From Pontiella sp. (GTDB lineage: Bacteria > Verrucomicrobiota > Kiritimatiellia > Kiritimatiellales > Pontiellaceae): a DNA stretch of 64,000 bases. The notes below the pieces were generated by a model. The model was not told where the DNA came from. It was given only the letters and a program-made list of their open reading frames with translations, and did no database searches. The stretch spans positions 1-64,000 of the forward strand of contig JBNKHE010000009.1 of NCBI GenBank assembly GCA_050290185.1, in the 5' to 3' direction. Below are positions 26,649 through 39,272 of this stretch, piece after piece. A program made the translations under genes and the position numbers. The number at the start of each line of letters is the position of its first letter. The first letter of the stretch is position 1.

Positions 26649-27575
26649 ATGAAGATTATATCAGGAACAGGACATCGGGCTTTGGCGGAGCAGATTGCTG
26701 CAATCGCGAAGGTGGAGCTGTGTGATGTGAACATCACGCGGTTCCCGGATGGTGAAATATTCGTTAAGATTGTCGAGAATGTCCGCGGCGATGATCTCTT
26801 TATTGTGCAGTCGGTTTCGGTCAATCCGAACGAATACCTGATGGAACTCCTGATCATGATCGACGCCGCCAAGCGCGCGTCGGCCGACCGCATCACGGCC
26901 GTACTGCCGTACTATGGGTATGCACGCCAGGACCGCAAAGACCAGCCACGTGTGCCAATTACCGCCAAGCTGGTGGCAAACCTGCTTGTGGCTGCGGGGG
27001 CCGACCGTATTCTTTGCGTCGATCTTCATGCCCAGCAGATCCAGGGATTTTTCGACATCCCGGTGGATCATCTTTATGCCGCACCCGTGATCGTAAAATA
27101 TCTGCGCGACCTTGAGCTGGATAATCTGGTGGTGGTTTCGCCGGATGCCGGCGGCCTGAAGATGGCGGATGCCTATTCCAAGTTACTCGACGCCGGCATT
27201 GCCGTGGTGGGCAAGCAGCGTAAAAGTGCCGAGGATGTGGTCGCCAATCATCTCGTGGGCGATGTCGAAGGCTGCAATACCTTGCTGGTGGATGACATGA
27301 CCTCAACCGCCGGCACCTTGACCGCTGCGGCCAAGCTTCTGCAAAAAGCCGGTGCCAAGTCGATTCGCGCTGCGGTGAGCCACTCGCTGCTGACCCAGAA
27401 GGGGATTGATCGGCTGATCGACTCGCCGATCGATGAACTGGTTACCACCAATACCGTCCCTCAGCGGGAGTGGGATGATTTCAACGTTACGGAATTGTCG
27501 GTGGCCGATATTCTGGCCGAGGCGATTTGCCGCATTCACAACGACCAATCCGTCAGCTCGCTGTTCAGGATTTGA
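26649..27575 (+). CDS. prs: Ribose-phosphate pyrophosphokinase
   Basis: FPDGE, PYYGYARQDRK, DLHAQQIQGFFD, VSPDAGG, VDDMTSTAGT. Confidence 0.97.
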   Translation: MKIISGTGHRALAEQIAAIAKVELCDVNITRFPDGEIFVKIVENVRGDDLFIVQSVSVNPNEYLMELLIMIDAAKRASADRITAVLPYYGYARQDRKDQPRVPITAKLVANLLVAAGADRILCVDLHAQQIQGFFDIPVDHLYAAPVIVKYLRDLELDNLVVVSPDAGGLKMADAYSKLLDAGIAVVGKQRKSAEDVVANHLVGDVEGCNTLLVDDMTSTAGTLTAAAKLLQKAGAKSIRAAVSHSLLTQKGIDRLIDSPIDELVTTNTVPQREWDDFNVTELSVADILAEAICRIHNDQSVSSLFRI

Positions 27576-27592
27576 TAATTAGGAGAGAATCA

Positions 27593-28231
27593 ATGGAAGA
27601 TATAAAACTGATTGCTAAGAAGCGGGAGCTGGAAGGTTCCAGCAACTCTCGCCGCATGCGCGCGACCGGCAACCTGCCGGGTGTGGTTTACGGTTCCGAA
27701 AAGGCACCGGTTTCGATCGAAGTCAATCTTCATGATTTCGAGCAGATCCTGCATCACCACTCCAGTGAAAGCATGCTGATTGATATCGATCTGGAAGGCG
27801 AAGGATCGATTTCTGTTCTTGTAAAGGATGTTCAGCACCATCCGGTGTCCAGCGAACTGCTGCATGTTGATCTGATGCGTGTTGAAGCCAACAAGCCGAT
27901 TCAGGTGGATGTTGCGCTCGAACTGGTTGGCGATGCGGCAGGCGTTAAAGCCGGCGGCATTCTGGATCACACCATGCACTCGATCACGGTTGAATGTTTG
28001 CCCGCAGATCTGGTTGAAGAATTTGATATCGACGTCTCCAATTTGGAGATCGGCCAGTCGCTGCATGTTTCCGATTTGAACCTCGGCAGCAAGTACAAGA
28101 TTCTGGTCGACGGAGAGGCCATCGTTGCCGGTGTATCCGGACCGCAGGCCGAAGAGGAAGAGGCTGAGGAAGGCGCAGCTTCTACCGAGCCGGAAGTAAT
28201 CGGCGAAAAGACGGACGAAGCGTCCGAGTAG
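27593..28231 (+). CDS. rplY: 50S ribosomal protein L25 (Ctc form)
   Basis: PGVVYG, KDVQHHPV...LLHVDL, GVKAGG; acidic tail; SD AGGAG. Confidence 0.95.
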   Translation: MEDIKLIAKKRELEGSSNSRRMRATGNLPGVVYGSEKAPVSIEVNLHDFEQILHHHSSESMLIDIDLEGEGSISVLVKDVQHHPVSSELLHVDLMRVEANKPIQVDVALELVGDAAGVKAGGILDHTMHSITVECLPADLVEEFDIDVSNLEIGQSLHVSDLNLGSKYKILVDGEAIVAGVSGPQAEEEEAEEGAASTEPEVIGEKTDEASE

Positions 28232-28261
28232 TTTTTACCCATCCTTTCCGGGAGGCATGTC

Positions 28262-28837
28262 GTGAAGCTGGTCGTTGGACTGGGAAACCCCGGAAAGGAA
28301 TATGAGTTCACCCGCCACAATATTGGATTCCTGGTGGTGGATGAAGTCGCCCGTCGCCAAGGGGTTGAATTCCGGAAAATGTTCTGGTTTCCCGCGCGGC
28401 AGGCTTTATGCCGGGTTGGCGGGGAGGAGGTTCGGCTGATCAAGCCGACCACCTATATGAACCGCAGCGGTAAGGCGGTGTGGGGCGCCATGAAGAAATG
28501 GCGCGTTGCCTCCGCGGATACCGTGGTGGTCTACGACGATGTCGATTTGGAGTTAGGCGGCATCCGGGTGCGGGCCAAAGGATCGGGCGGCAGCCACAAC
28601 GGCATGAAGTCGGTGCTGGAATGGTTGCAGACCAAAGCCTTCCCCCGCGTGCGGGTCGGAATCGGGCCGAAGCCGGAAGGCGAGGACATGATTGGCTTTG
28701 TGCTCGGCGAATTTGCCGAGGAAGAGCATTTGAAGTTGGAAAAGGTTGTAGAGCGGGCCGCCGATGCGGTAGAAAGCATCTTTTCCATCGGTACTGAGCG
28801 AACCATGAACGCGTTCAATCAGTCGATGACAGGATAA
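28262..28837 (+). CDS. pth: Peptidyl-tRNA hydrolase
   Basis: GLGNPG..Y..TRHNIGF, KPTTYMNRSG, GGSHNGMKS. Confidence 0.97.
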   Translation: MKLVVGLGNPGKEYEFTRHNIGFLVVDEVARRQGVEFRKMFWFPARQALCRVGGEEVRLIKPTTYMNRSGKAVWGAMKKWRVASADTVVVYDDVDLELGGIRVRAKGSGGSHNGMKSVLEWLQTKAFPRVRVGIGPKPEGEDMIGFVLGEFAEEEHLKLEKVVERAADAVESIFSIGTERTMNAFNQSMTG

Positions 28838-28851
28838 GAAGGAGAAAACCA

Positions 28852-29163
28852 TTGAATACGTTGTACGAAGGACTGTTCATTTTTCCGGAGTCGCTGGACG
28901 AGGAAGGTCTCGATCAGGCGATTGCGCGTGTGAAAGAAGAACTGGAAAAGCTGGGGGGCGCCATTGAAAGCACCACCCGCATGGGTAAGAAGATGTTTGC
29001 CCGTCCGCTGAAGAAACAAAAAGCCGGACTGTATGTGGTGATGATGTTCAATCTGGAAGGCAGCAAGGTCGATGCCTTCAAGGCGCGGTTGAAGTTGTCT
29101 ACCAACGTTTTCCGTCACCAGTTTGTTGAAGCCAGTGGCGTGGAGGCCGCGCAGGAGGCATAA
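28852..29163 (+). CDS. rpsF: 30S ribosomal protein S6
   Basis: YEGLFIF N-terminus; rpsF-ssb-rpsR-rplI synteny; TTG start after AAGGAG. Confidence 0.92.
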   Translation: MNTLYEGLFIFPESLDEEGLDQAIARVKEELEKLGGAIESTTRMGKKMFARPLKKQKAGLYVVMMFNLEGSKVDAFKARLKLSTNVFRHQFVEASGVEAAQEA

Positions 29164-29164
29164 C

Positions 29165-29581
29165 ATGGCTAGCTATAACCGGGTCCTGTTGATGGGCAAT
29201 CTGACTCGCAATCCGGAAATCCGGTATACGCCGTCAGGAACGGCTGTTGCCGATTTGGGATTGGCCATCAACGAAAACTTCAAAAACAAGGCGGGCGAGA
29301 CAGTTGAGCAGACCTGCTTTGTGGATGTGGTGGTGTGGGGACGCCAGGCGGAAACGTCGGCGGAATACCTGCACAAGGGATCTCCGGTTTTTGTGGAAGG
29401 CCGCCTTCAACTGGATCAATGGGAAAATCAGCAGGGGGAAAAGCGAAGCAAGTTGCGCGTGCGCGCCGATCGGGTTCAATTTCTCGGCAGTCCCGGCAAG
29501 GGAACCGAGTTTGCCGATGGCCCGGGCAATTCCGCCCCTCAGCAGCCTCCCGTTGAAGATGATGACGATGTACCGTTTTAG
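29165..29581 (+). CDS. ssb: Single-stranded DNA-binding protein
   Basis: NRVLLMGNLTRNPE, VEGRL, C-terminal DDDDVPF. Confidence 0.97.
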   Translation: MASYNRVLLMGNLTRNPEIRYTPSGTAVADLGLAINENFKNKAGETVEQTCFVDVVVWGRQAETSAEYLHKGSPVFVEGRLQLDQWENQQGEKRSKLRVRADRVQFLGSPGKGTEFADGPGNSAPQQPPVEDDDDVPF

Positions 29582-29596
29582 AGAAAGGATATAATT

Positions 29597-29809
29597 ATGG
29601 CTCGTAGAGAAAGAGACGACTATAAGCGCGACCCCGAACTCCTGCGTGGATTGACGGATGTCGATTACAAGGATGCGGAACTTCTGAAGAAATTCATGAC
29701 TGACCGCGGCAAGATTCTGCCGCGCCGCCTGACGGGTGCAAATGCCCAGCAGCAACGCAAGATCAAGAGCGCCATCCGCCGTGCGCGGGTGATGGGGCTG
29801 GTCCGTTAA
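29597..29809 (+). CDS. rpsR: 30S ribosomal protein S18 (no Zn-binding cysteines)
   Basis: [22 protein letters not shown]...QR....AIRRAR. Confidence 0.96.
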   Translation: MARRERDDYKRDPELLRGLTDVDYKDAELLKKFMTDRGKILPRRLTGANAQQQRKIKSAIRRARVMGLVR

Positions 29810-29827
29810 GGGATAAAGGAGATCGCA

Positions 29828-30280
29828 ATGGCTATTGAAGTTTTATTGATGGATCAGGTTGAAGGTCTAGGCATTGAAGGGGACATCGTTAAAGTGGCCT
29901 CTGGATATGCCCGTAACTACCTCTTCCCGAAGGGATATGCAACCGAAGTGACCGAGGGCAAGAAGCGCCAGATCGAGAAGAAGCGTCTCGAGCGTCTGAC
30001 CCAGCTCGAAAAAGAAAAGAGTGCGGCCGAGGAGCTTTCCAAAAAGATTGAAGGCATCGAATGTACGATTGCCGCAAAGATTGGCGAAAACGGTAACATG
30101 TTTGGTTCCGTTGGCCTGCCGCAGATTCTTGAAAAGCTGCAGGAACAGGGTCTCGAGATCGAACGCTCGAAGATCGTGCTCGCGGCTCCTCTTCATGAGC
30201 TGGGCGTTTTCGATGTGGCCATCAAACTACATCCCGAAGTCACCAGCACACTCAAGGTTTGGATCGTAGAAGATAAATGA
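29828..30280 (+). CDS. rplI: 50S ribosomal protein L9
   Basis: GDIVKVASGYARNYLFP, FGSV, KLHPEV. Confidence 0.96.
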   Translation: MAIEVLLMDQVEGLGIEGDIVKVASGYARNYLFPKGYATEVTEGKKRQIEKKRLERLTQLEKEKSAAEELSKKIEGIECTIAAKIGENGNMFGSVGLPQILEKLQEQGLEIERSKIVLAAPLHELGVFDVAIKLHPEVTSTLKVWIVEDK

Positions 30281-31674
30281 TCCCCGGGGATTCAGGATCG
30301 GGACTACGGATACCCCCGCACAGCGAGGAAGCCGAGCGGGGGGTTCTGGGGTCTATTCTTCTGGATCCCGCCAGTGCTATTGACAAATGCCTAGCCAAGC
30401 GTCTGGGTAGCGATTCGTTTTACGATCGCCGCCACCAGGCGCTTTTCGAGCATATGGTGGATATGAGCCAGGCCAATGTGCCCATGGACGCCATCACTAT
30501 TGCCGAATGGCTCAAGAACAAGAATGCGCTCGAAAAGGTTGGCGGATACGACTACCTCGTCCAACTGCAGGATAGCACCTTGGTGCCGGCACATGTTGAG
30601 TTCTACTGCGACATCGTGCAGGAAAAGAAGCTCTATCGGCTTCTGATTGAAAAATCATCCGAAACCATCGATTCCGCCTATAAAGGCGAAGATGAAGCGG
30701 CCCTGTTGCTGAGCGAAGCCGAATCAACATTTTTCGAGCTCAGTACCCGCGGTGCTGAAAAAATTCCCGATTGGAAGGATTCCGTAAAGGAAGCCTTCAC
30801 CGATATCGAAAACATCAATCCCAACGAGATCGTGACCGGTGTCACAACCGGATATATCGGGCTCAACGAACGGTTGTCCGGTTTGCAGAAAACCGACATG
30901 GTTGTTCTCGCGGCGCGTCCGGCCATGGGGAAAACCTCGCTGGCGATGAATATTGCCGAAAACGCGGCTCTGGGACTCCATGCTCCGGATGGAAAAGGGG
31001 TCCCGGTAGGGATTTTCAGTCTGGAAATGTCGCGCGAACAGCTGGTTAAACGTATGTTATTCAGCAATGCGCGTCTGGGAGCCCACAAGCTCAGGGGGCG
31101 GAGGCTGACGCAGAGTGAACACGGTCAGCTCATGGCCGCCGCTGACCGCTTGCAGAAAGCCAACATCTATATCGACGATACACCCGGTCTCGAGGCCGTC
31201 GAACTGCGCTCCCGCGCCCGGCGCATGAAGAGCCGCTACGGCATTGAGCTCATCGTCATCGACTACCTGCAATTGATGAACTACACCAAATTTGCCAAGG
31301 ATGGCCGCCAACGGGAAACCATGGCCATTTCCGGCGCGGTAAAGGCCATGGCCAAAGAGCTGGACGTGCCGGTCATTGTGCTCAGCCAGTTGAGCCGTGC
31401 AACGGAAGGCCGTGGTGACAATGTCCCCAAGCTTTCCGACCTGCGCGACTCGGGAGCGATCGAGCAGGATGCGGACGTCGTCCTACTGCTGTATCGCCCA
31501 AGTTATTATGCCAAAGGCGACGACCGTAATACGGATAATCTGGCGGTGGTCGATGTCGCCAAATACCGCCATGGCTCAACGGGCGAGGTGCGGATGAACT
31601 TTATTCGGGACTATACCCGGTTTGAAGACCGCGTTGAACGCGATGACGACTTTTCACCTACAGATGATTCCTGA
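30277..31674 (+). CDS. dnaB: Replicative DNA helicase
   Basis: PPHSEEAE, AARPAMGKT, FSLEM, IDYLQL, LSQLSR, DLRDSGAIEQDAD. Confidence 0.97.
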   Translation: MIPGDSGSGLRIPPHSEEAERGVLGSILLDPASAIDKCLAKRLGSDSFYDRRHQALFEHMVDMSQANVPMDAITIAEWLKNKNALEKVGGYDYLVQLQDSTLVPAHVEFYCDIVQEKKLYRLLIEKSSETIDSAYKGEDEAALLLSEAESTFFELSTRGAEKIPDWKDSVKEAFTDIENINPNEIVTGVTTGYIGLNERLSGLQKTDMVVLAARPAMGKTSLAMNIAENAALGLHAPDGKGVPVGIFSLEMSREQLVKRMLFSNARLGAHKLRGRRLTQSEHGQLMAAADRLQKANIYIDDTPGLEAVELRSRARRMKSRYGIELIVIDYLQLMNYTKFAKDGRQRETMAISGAVKAMAKELDVPVIVLSQLSRATEGRGDNVPKLSDLRDSGAIEQDADVVLLLYRPSYYAKGDDRNTDNLAVVDVAKYRHGSTGEVRMNFIRDYTRFEDRVERDDDFSPTDDS

Positions 31675-31695
31675 TATACCTTTGAAACCTTCCCT

Positions 31696-34002
31696 ATGAA
31701 AAAAGTTACCATCATTTTATTAATTGCCATGAGCGCCGTTGCGGCATTTTCCGAAACCATTAAGGATATCCGCATTGTCAATCAGGCAGGCGAGTCCTAT
31801 GACATCAGTTCGGTGCTCGCGTTTACCTCGTTCCAGGTGGGACAGCAGGTGCCGGACCGGGAAACGATTTTGGATTCCATTGCCAATGATGTGAACCGGA
31901 TGCGCGATTCCGGACGCTATTCCTACGTCAAGGCGCACATGGAAGTGGAAGCGGATGGCGTGGTGCTGATCTACACCGTATCCGCCAAGCAGCGCCTGCA
32001 GCGTATCAAGATTCTCGGTGCGGACCGCATGAGCAACCGCAGGGTGCTGCAGAAGTCCGAACTCGTGATTGGACAGTTTGCCGACGACTCTACTTTTGAG
32101 CAGGCCGCAGCCAAGATCAAGGAAGCCTATGCAGATTTCTGGCATCCCGATGCCAAGGTGGAATGGACTGCCGATGTGGATGAAGATCTCGGAACGGTCG
32201 ATGTCTCCTATACGATCCACGAGGGGCGAAAACTGGGCGTCAAGCATATTGTGTTCGAAGGGAACAACTTTATCGATGACGGCAAGCTGCAGCGCTTGAT
32301 GGAGCAGAAGGAAAAACACTGGTACTCCTTTGTTACCCGTTCGGGGCAATACAAGGAAGAGGCTACCGATCTGGACGTGTTCAGCATCAAGTCGTTCTAC
32401 ATGAATAATGGTTTTCTCGATGTGCAGGTATCGGACCCGGTACTGGATGATTCGGATTCCAGGAACGCCCGATTGCTCTACACCATTGACGAAGGGCAAC
32501 GCTACCGGATTGGAACGGTGAGTCTGTCCGGCATGGAATCCTTTTCCGAGGAAGTGCTGCTCCGAACCATCCGTCTGCGGTCTGGCAACATTGCCTCGTA
32601 CGAAAACATTAATGCGGCAAGCGAAGGTCTTCGTGCCTACTACGGAAACCGCGGCTATGTCCGTGTGGGAATCCGCCCTGAATTCAACGCCCATGCCGAT
32701 CAGGGCATAGTCGATATCGAATATGTCATCTCCGAAGGAACCGTCGGGTATATCAATAAGATCAACATCACGGGGAACGAGCGGACTGCGGATGAGGTTA
32801 TCCGCCGGGAACTGGTCGTCTATCCCGGTGAAAAATACAATCGCAGCCGAGTCAAGGCTTCGGAAAACAAACTGCGGAACCTCCGCTACTTTGACATCGT
32901 CACCATTAATCCGGAACCGACCGAAGAAAGCGGAAAATACGATCTCAATGTGCAGGTCAACGAGCAGCCGACCGGCCGGTTTGCTGCAGGGGTGGGTTTT
33001 TCCAGTGTCGACTCGCTGGTTGGCTATGCCGAGCTGTCCCAGGGGAATTTCAGCTACAGGACCTGGCCGCCCGTCGGCGATGGGCAGAAGTTCAAGATCC
33101 GCGCCCAGCTGGGCACCAAGCGCAATGACCTCGACATCTCGTTCATTGAACCGTGGTTCATGGACCGCAAGCTTTCGTTCGGCGTGGATCTGTACCATCG
33201 CGAAGCGCGCTACTATTCAAGCGTGTATGATCAGCGGACGGATGGTTTCCGGCTGTCGCTGGGCAAGCCACTGTCGCGTTTCTCGCGGGGAAGCCTGGCC
33301 TATTCGCTGGAGCGTTTCGATGTGTACAATGTGGACACCGGTTCGCCGATTATTCAGGAAGAAGCGGGCAGGCGCACCAAGAGCGCGCTTGAATATACCT
33401 GGCTGTTTGACAGTCGCGACAATTACTTTAATCCAACGCGCGGCAACAAGACCTCGATTTCTCCCTATGCGTCCGGCGGTGCGCTGGGTGCGCAGACCGA
33501 TATCTACGGCCTTCGCGTACGCTCCGCCCAGTATTGGCCTTTGATCGGCGGCATGGTGCTCAATCTCCGCGGGGAAGCCGAGTCGGTTGAAGCCTATGGC
33601 GACAGCAAGGATTCCGGTGCGAGCTATGGGGATGGGGTGCCGCTGTTTGATCGGCTTTTCCTCGGGGGGTCCTACACGTTGCGTGGATTCGAGTACCGCG
33701 ATGTGGGTCCGCACCCGGGGAACGATCCCATCGGAGGCAACAGTTCGGCATTTGCAACGGCGGAGCTGACCCATCCCATCTGGCAAAAAATTCGCGGTGC
33801 GGTTTTTTATGACTGGGGCTTTGTGAACGTCGACTCCTGGGATTTCGATCCCTCAAAATATTCCGACGACTGGGGTATCGGACTCCGCTTCGATTTGCCG
33901 GGATTTCCGCTTCACCTCGACTATGCGTGGCCGATTTCCTACGACGCTACCTACCAGACGGGCGACGGACGCTTTAATTTCCTGATCGGCCACACGTTCT
34001 AG
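31696..34002 (+). CDS. bamA: Outer membrane protein assembly factor BamA
   Basis: Signal peptide, POTRA repeats (GNERTADEVIRRE), LRGFEYRDVGP, terminal Phe. Confidence 0.93.
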   Translation: MKKVTIILLIAMSAVAAFSETIKDIRIVNQAGESYDISSVLAFTSFQVGQQVPDRETILDSIANDVNRMRDSGRYSYVKAHMEVEADGVVLIYTVSAKQRLQRIKILGADRMSNRRVLQKSELVIGQFADDSTFEQAAAKIKEAYADFWHPDAKVEWTADVDEDLGTVDVSYTIHEGRKLGVKHIVFEGNNFIDDGKLQRLMEQKEKHWYSFVTRSGQYKEEATDLDVFSIKSFYMNNGFLDVQVSDPVLDDSDSRNARLLYTIDEGQRYRIGTVSLSGMESFSEEVLLRTIRLRSGNIASYENINAASEGLRAYYGNRGYVRVGIRPEFNAHADQGIVDIEYVISEGTVGYINKINITGNERTADEVIRRELVVYPGEKYNRSRVKASENKLRNLRYFDIVTINPEPTEESGKYDLNVQVNEQPTGRFAAGVGFSSVDSLVGYAELSQGNFSYRTWPPVGDGQKFKIRAQLGTKRNDLDISFIEPWFMDRKLSFGVDLYHREARYYSSVYDQRTDGFRLSLGKPLSRFSRGSLAYSLERFDVYNVDTGSPIIQEEAGRRTKSALEYTWLFDSRDNYFNPTRGNKTSISPYASGGALGAQTDIYGLRVRSAQYWPLIGGMVLNLRGEAESVEAYGDSKDSGASYGDGVPLFDRLFLGGSYTLRGFEYRDVGPHPGNDPIGGNSSAFATAELTHPIWQKIRGAVFYDWGFVNVDSWDFDPSKYSDDWGIGLRFDLPGFPLHLDYAWPISYDATYQTGDGRFNFLIGHTF

Positions 34003-34064
34003 ATTGAGGATTGATCCGTGACGTGATTGACGGATGCCGTGCCAGGAAAGACCATTCTCACGTC

Positions 34065-34517
34065 TCAGTTCTCCCCAATCGCCACCTTTACGACCACTTT
34101 GTGGATGGGACCGTCGCCAATGAGCGGAAGATGGGCGTCGGTTGGAAGGAAGACCGCAAAGGATCCAGGAGGCACGCGTACAATGCTTTCCGGTTCGCCC
34201 TCGAAGAACTCCAGGTCTTTGGTTGCGTCATAGGGAACCGCATTCACCAAACCTGCCGACGGTCTCCATCCCATCAACTCTTCGCCGCTGATTACGTACT
34301 GGATATCGAGATACTTGCGGTGGCCTTCCAGTTGACCGTCGGAAACCTTGCGCCCTTGGGCCCGGTCGACGATGGCATAAACCCGGTCTCCCGATATTTC
34401 ATATTTCCCGTCCGGAAGCTCCGCCAGCCCCGGCTGATCCAGAAAGCCGAAGGCTTCCGAACATCCCACTTTCAGTCCCGCATACCGTGCCGCATTCGCT
34501 AATGTATCCAATATCAT
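34065..34517 (-). CDS. YhcH/YjgK/YiaL family protein
   Basis: EGHRKYLDIQY..SGEE, FAVFLPTDAH.P, KVVVKV. Confidence 0.92.
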   Translation of the reverse strand: MILDTLANAARYAGLKVGCSEAFGFLDQPGLAELPDGKYEISGDRVYAIVDRAQGRKVSDGQLEGHRKYLDIQYVISGEELMGWRPSAGLVNAVPYDATKDLEFFEGEPESIVRVPPGSFAVFLPTDAHLPLIGDGPIHKVVVKVAIGEN

Positions 34518-34533
34518 CTTTTCCCTCCCTGGA

Positions 34534-36681
<2,148 letters not shown>

Positions 36682-37065
36682 TTAACGGGTCTCTGCCGAG
36701 GTGTTGGACATCGTAAAGACGGCTTGCTCTTTAGAGAATTCACGGCCCTCGGATCTGCGTCCTTGCAGGCAGACCAAAAACGTGATGCTAAGGGTCGCCA
36801 GGGCATGCGTGATGGTTGGCTAATATCGGAAAGGATTTTACTACCTGAACGGCACACACAGGAACAAGTACTTCAAGAAAAATATTATTGATAAATAACA
36901 GTATACACAAATACACCTATTATATATAACGATAACAAGTATTAATGTATTTCATTAGGGTTAAGGGGTTTGTGGTTACATTGTTCTTCGTTTTGGAGAT
37001 TGGTGTAAGTTGGGAATATTCTTGTGAGAAGAGCTTCGGCTCCTAATAGGATAAGGGGAGTGCAT

Positions 37066-39090
37066 ATGCATGGCCTTTGCATGCCGGAATTTACAATCTT
37101 GGCGGATCACAGTTTGTCTGGCGATCTGGTTGGAAATGAGGAAGTGGACTATTTTGACTTCGGGAATCGACTTGGACCTATTCTTGATGTGTTGAGGCAT
37201 AAAGAAACCAGGATGCCGCTTTCCATGGCCGTTTACGGGGGTGTAGGTACGGGAAAAAGTACGGCATTGAATTGGCTGGCCGGACAGATCGAGTTGTGGA
37301 ATGAAATCCCGGTAGCCGAGCGAGGGGGGCATCCCCTGGTTGTTCCGATTCGCTTCTCGGCCCGCAAATGCCCGACCCCGGCCTTCGTTCCGAAAATGAT
37401 CCTATCAGAGCTGCTCATCCAAAGCCTGCTCTATATGGATGACCAGGTTACTCAGCATCGCATCGATCGTATGAAAGGAATGGCAATTAATTGCTCAAGT
37501 TCGCTTGGAAAAGATTTCCTGAAGAGGCTGGAGTGTCTGGCCCGGCGCTGGGGCGTGTTTGAGACCCTTCGGGCAATCATCACGGATCACTCCTCTTCCG
37601 TCGCGAACGAAGTTGCCTGTTTCGATAGCTGCCATGCGCTGTTGAACGATTCGATATCGCAATATGCCAACGCTGTCCGAATGATCGTGTTCATCGATGA
37701 TCTGGATCATGTTGCGCCCGATGTGATGATGGCCGTGTTTGAGGCTATCGACGTGCATTTGGGCAGTGAGCACGTCGGATTCGTTGCCGCGCTCGACCCG
37801 AATATTGCCAGGATCATGATTAAGAATCATTTTTCCCAGCACGAATTCAGCGAGATGCAATGCCGACATTACCTGAGTAAGATCTTCCATGTTGAATGTG
37901 ATATCGAGCCTACCAATCAACAGATTCATGACTATTACGACGCACAGTATAAACTGCTGGACGGTCGATGCGGTGAGCGCCTGTCCCAATATGTAGGCCC
38001 CGAGCATAAAGCGCATATTGATGCGGCGCTTCTTCATTTGTCGTCGGGCAACCCTAGGAAAATCAAAGTCTTGCTAAACAGTGCATTGATGAAAGGGTCT
38101 GCCGGGGTGCGGTCTGCAAGATCAGATGAAGGTTTGGATGGTGCTGAATCCTTATTGTTTGTTCAGAATATACAGGCATATCTGCTCCAGCGCTGGCTCT
38201 CCTTTTTTTCGGTAGGGGGAGGTGCTATCCATCGCGAGGATGTGATGAATTGGTTTGAGTTCCTGTCGTCCGAGGCGCAATCCCCCTCGGCAGACTTTAA
38301 TTGGGTGCAGAAGCAGGAAAGCGTGGATGAAAAATTCCGGAATGTGCCATCGGGGATGGGATTTCATATGATTCATGAATGGGTCTGGAATTTGTTGAAA
38401 ATCCCCTTTTCAAAAACCATCGCGAGCCTCTGCTCCGACGACGGTTTGATTGTGGAGCCTGTTCCGGAGGATTCGCCTATGCCCATGAGCGAAGGACTGA
38501 AAACGCTCTCAAGCGGATTCGTGGATTGCCTTGCCGCCGCCTTGGAAAAGGCAGCACCCGAACTGTCGGATGAAGATGCCTTGAAGGTGACGGATCTCGT
38601 CCTGACCGGACACCGGTTTACGGAACAGGATACGGCATTTTTGAGCAAACTGGAAAATCTTCGCCGCCTTGATTTACACAACAGCTCAATAGGGCATCTT
38701 GATCCGTTGGCCGGACTGGGCCAGCTGAAGAGTCTGAATCTGACTTGCACGCCCATTGAGGATATCGATCCGCTTGCCTCGCTTACAGGACTGGAAGTGC
38801 TGGATCTCTCCTTCACTAACATCAAGAACTTATCTCCATTGAAGCAATGCGAGGAACTCTGCGGCCTGGTGTTGTTCGGTTCTGCGGTGGAGGACATTGA
38901 GCCGTTAAGAGGACTGGAAAAACTTGCTCGTCTCAATCTTTCGCGCACCCAAATAACCGATGACCAGATGGATGTGCTTGGATCCCTACCCGCACTAAGT
39001 ACATTGTTCATTCGCGAAACCAAGGTTTCCAGACAACGGGTTGCCGCGCTCAACAAGATCTTCGATTTCAACCTCAAGATTGAACAATAG
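37066..39090 (+). CDS. KAP-family P-loop NTPase fused to C-terminal leucine-rich repeats
   Basis: AVYGGVGTGKST (Walker A), IVFIDDLD (Walker B), YLSKIF, GNPRKIK; about 7 LRRs of ~22 aa (LxxLxLxxTxIxDIxPL). SD AAGGGGAG before ATG 37066. Confidence 0.85.
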   Translation: MHGLCMPEFTILADHSLSGDLVGNEEVDYFDFGNRLGPILDVLRHKETRMPLSMAVYGGVGTGKSTALNWLAGQIELWNEIPVAERGGHPLVVPIRFSARKCPTPAFVPKMILSELLIQSLLYMDDQVTQHRIDRMKGMAINCSSSLGKDFLKRLECLARRWGVFETLRAIITDHSSSVANEVACFDSCHALLNDSISQYANAVRMIVFIDDLDHVAPDVMMAVFEAIDVHLGSEHVGFVAALDPNIARIMIKNHFSQHEFSEMQCRHYLSKIFHVECDIEPTNQQIHDYYDAQYKLLDGRCGERLSQYVGPEHKAHIDAALLHLSSGNPRKIKVLLNSALMKGSAGVRSARSDEGLDGAESLLFVQNIQAYLLQRWLSFFSVGGGAIHREDVMNWFEFLSSEAQSPSADFNWVQKQESVDEKFRNVPSGMGFHMIHEWVWNLLKIPFSKTIASLCSDDGLIVEPVPEDSPMPMSEGLKTLSSGFVDCLAAALEKAAPELSDEDALKVTDLVLTGHRFTEQDTAFLSKLENLRRLDLHNSSIGHLDPLAGLGQLKSLNLTCTPIEDIDPLASLTGLEVLDLSFTNIKNLSPLKQCEELCGLVLFGSAVEDIEPLRGLEKLARLNLSRTQITDDQMDVLGSLPALSTLFIRETKVSRQRVAALNKIFDFNLKIEQ

Positions 39091-39272
39091 GCACACCTTT
39101 TCGCCGGATCCAGCGTGCTGGTATACGATTTTTTCTCCCGCGGCCTGCCAGAGTCTGAAGAGTGATTTATTCATGAAATCCACCCATTTTTTATGGTGTT
39201 AATCGCAAGCGATCATCTATGGTCCGTAGCTCACTTTTAGATGTATGTAGTTGATCGTTGCGGGAGAATAAA

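Noticed and set aside
31720..33198. Long antisense ORFs (492 aa here; also 2906-3670, 19677-20609, 23849-24856, 41841-42809, 51841-52833, 58827-59837, 62359-63459)
   Set aside because: They lie opposite well-supported genes and are the expected shadows of GC-rich codon usage.
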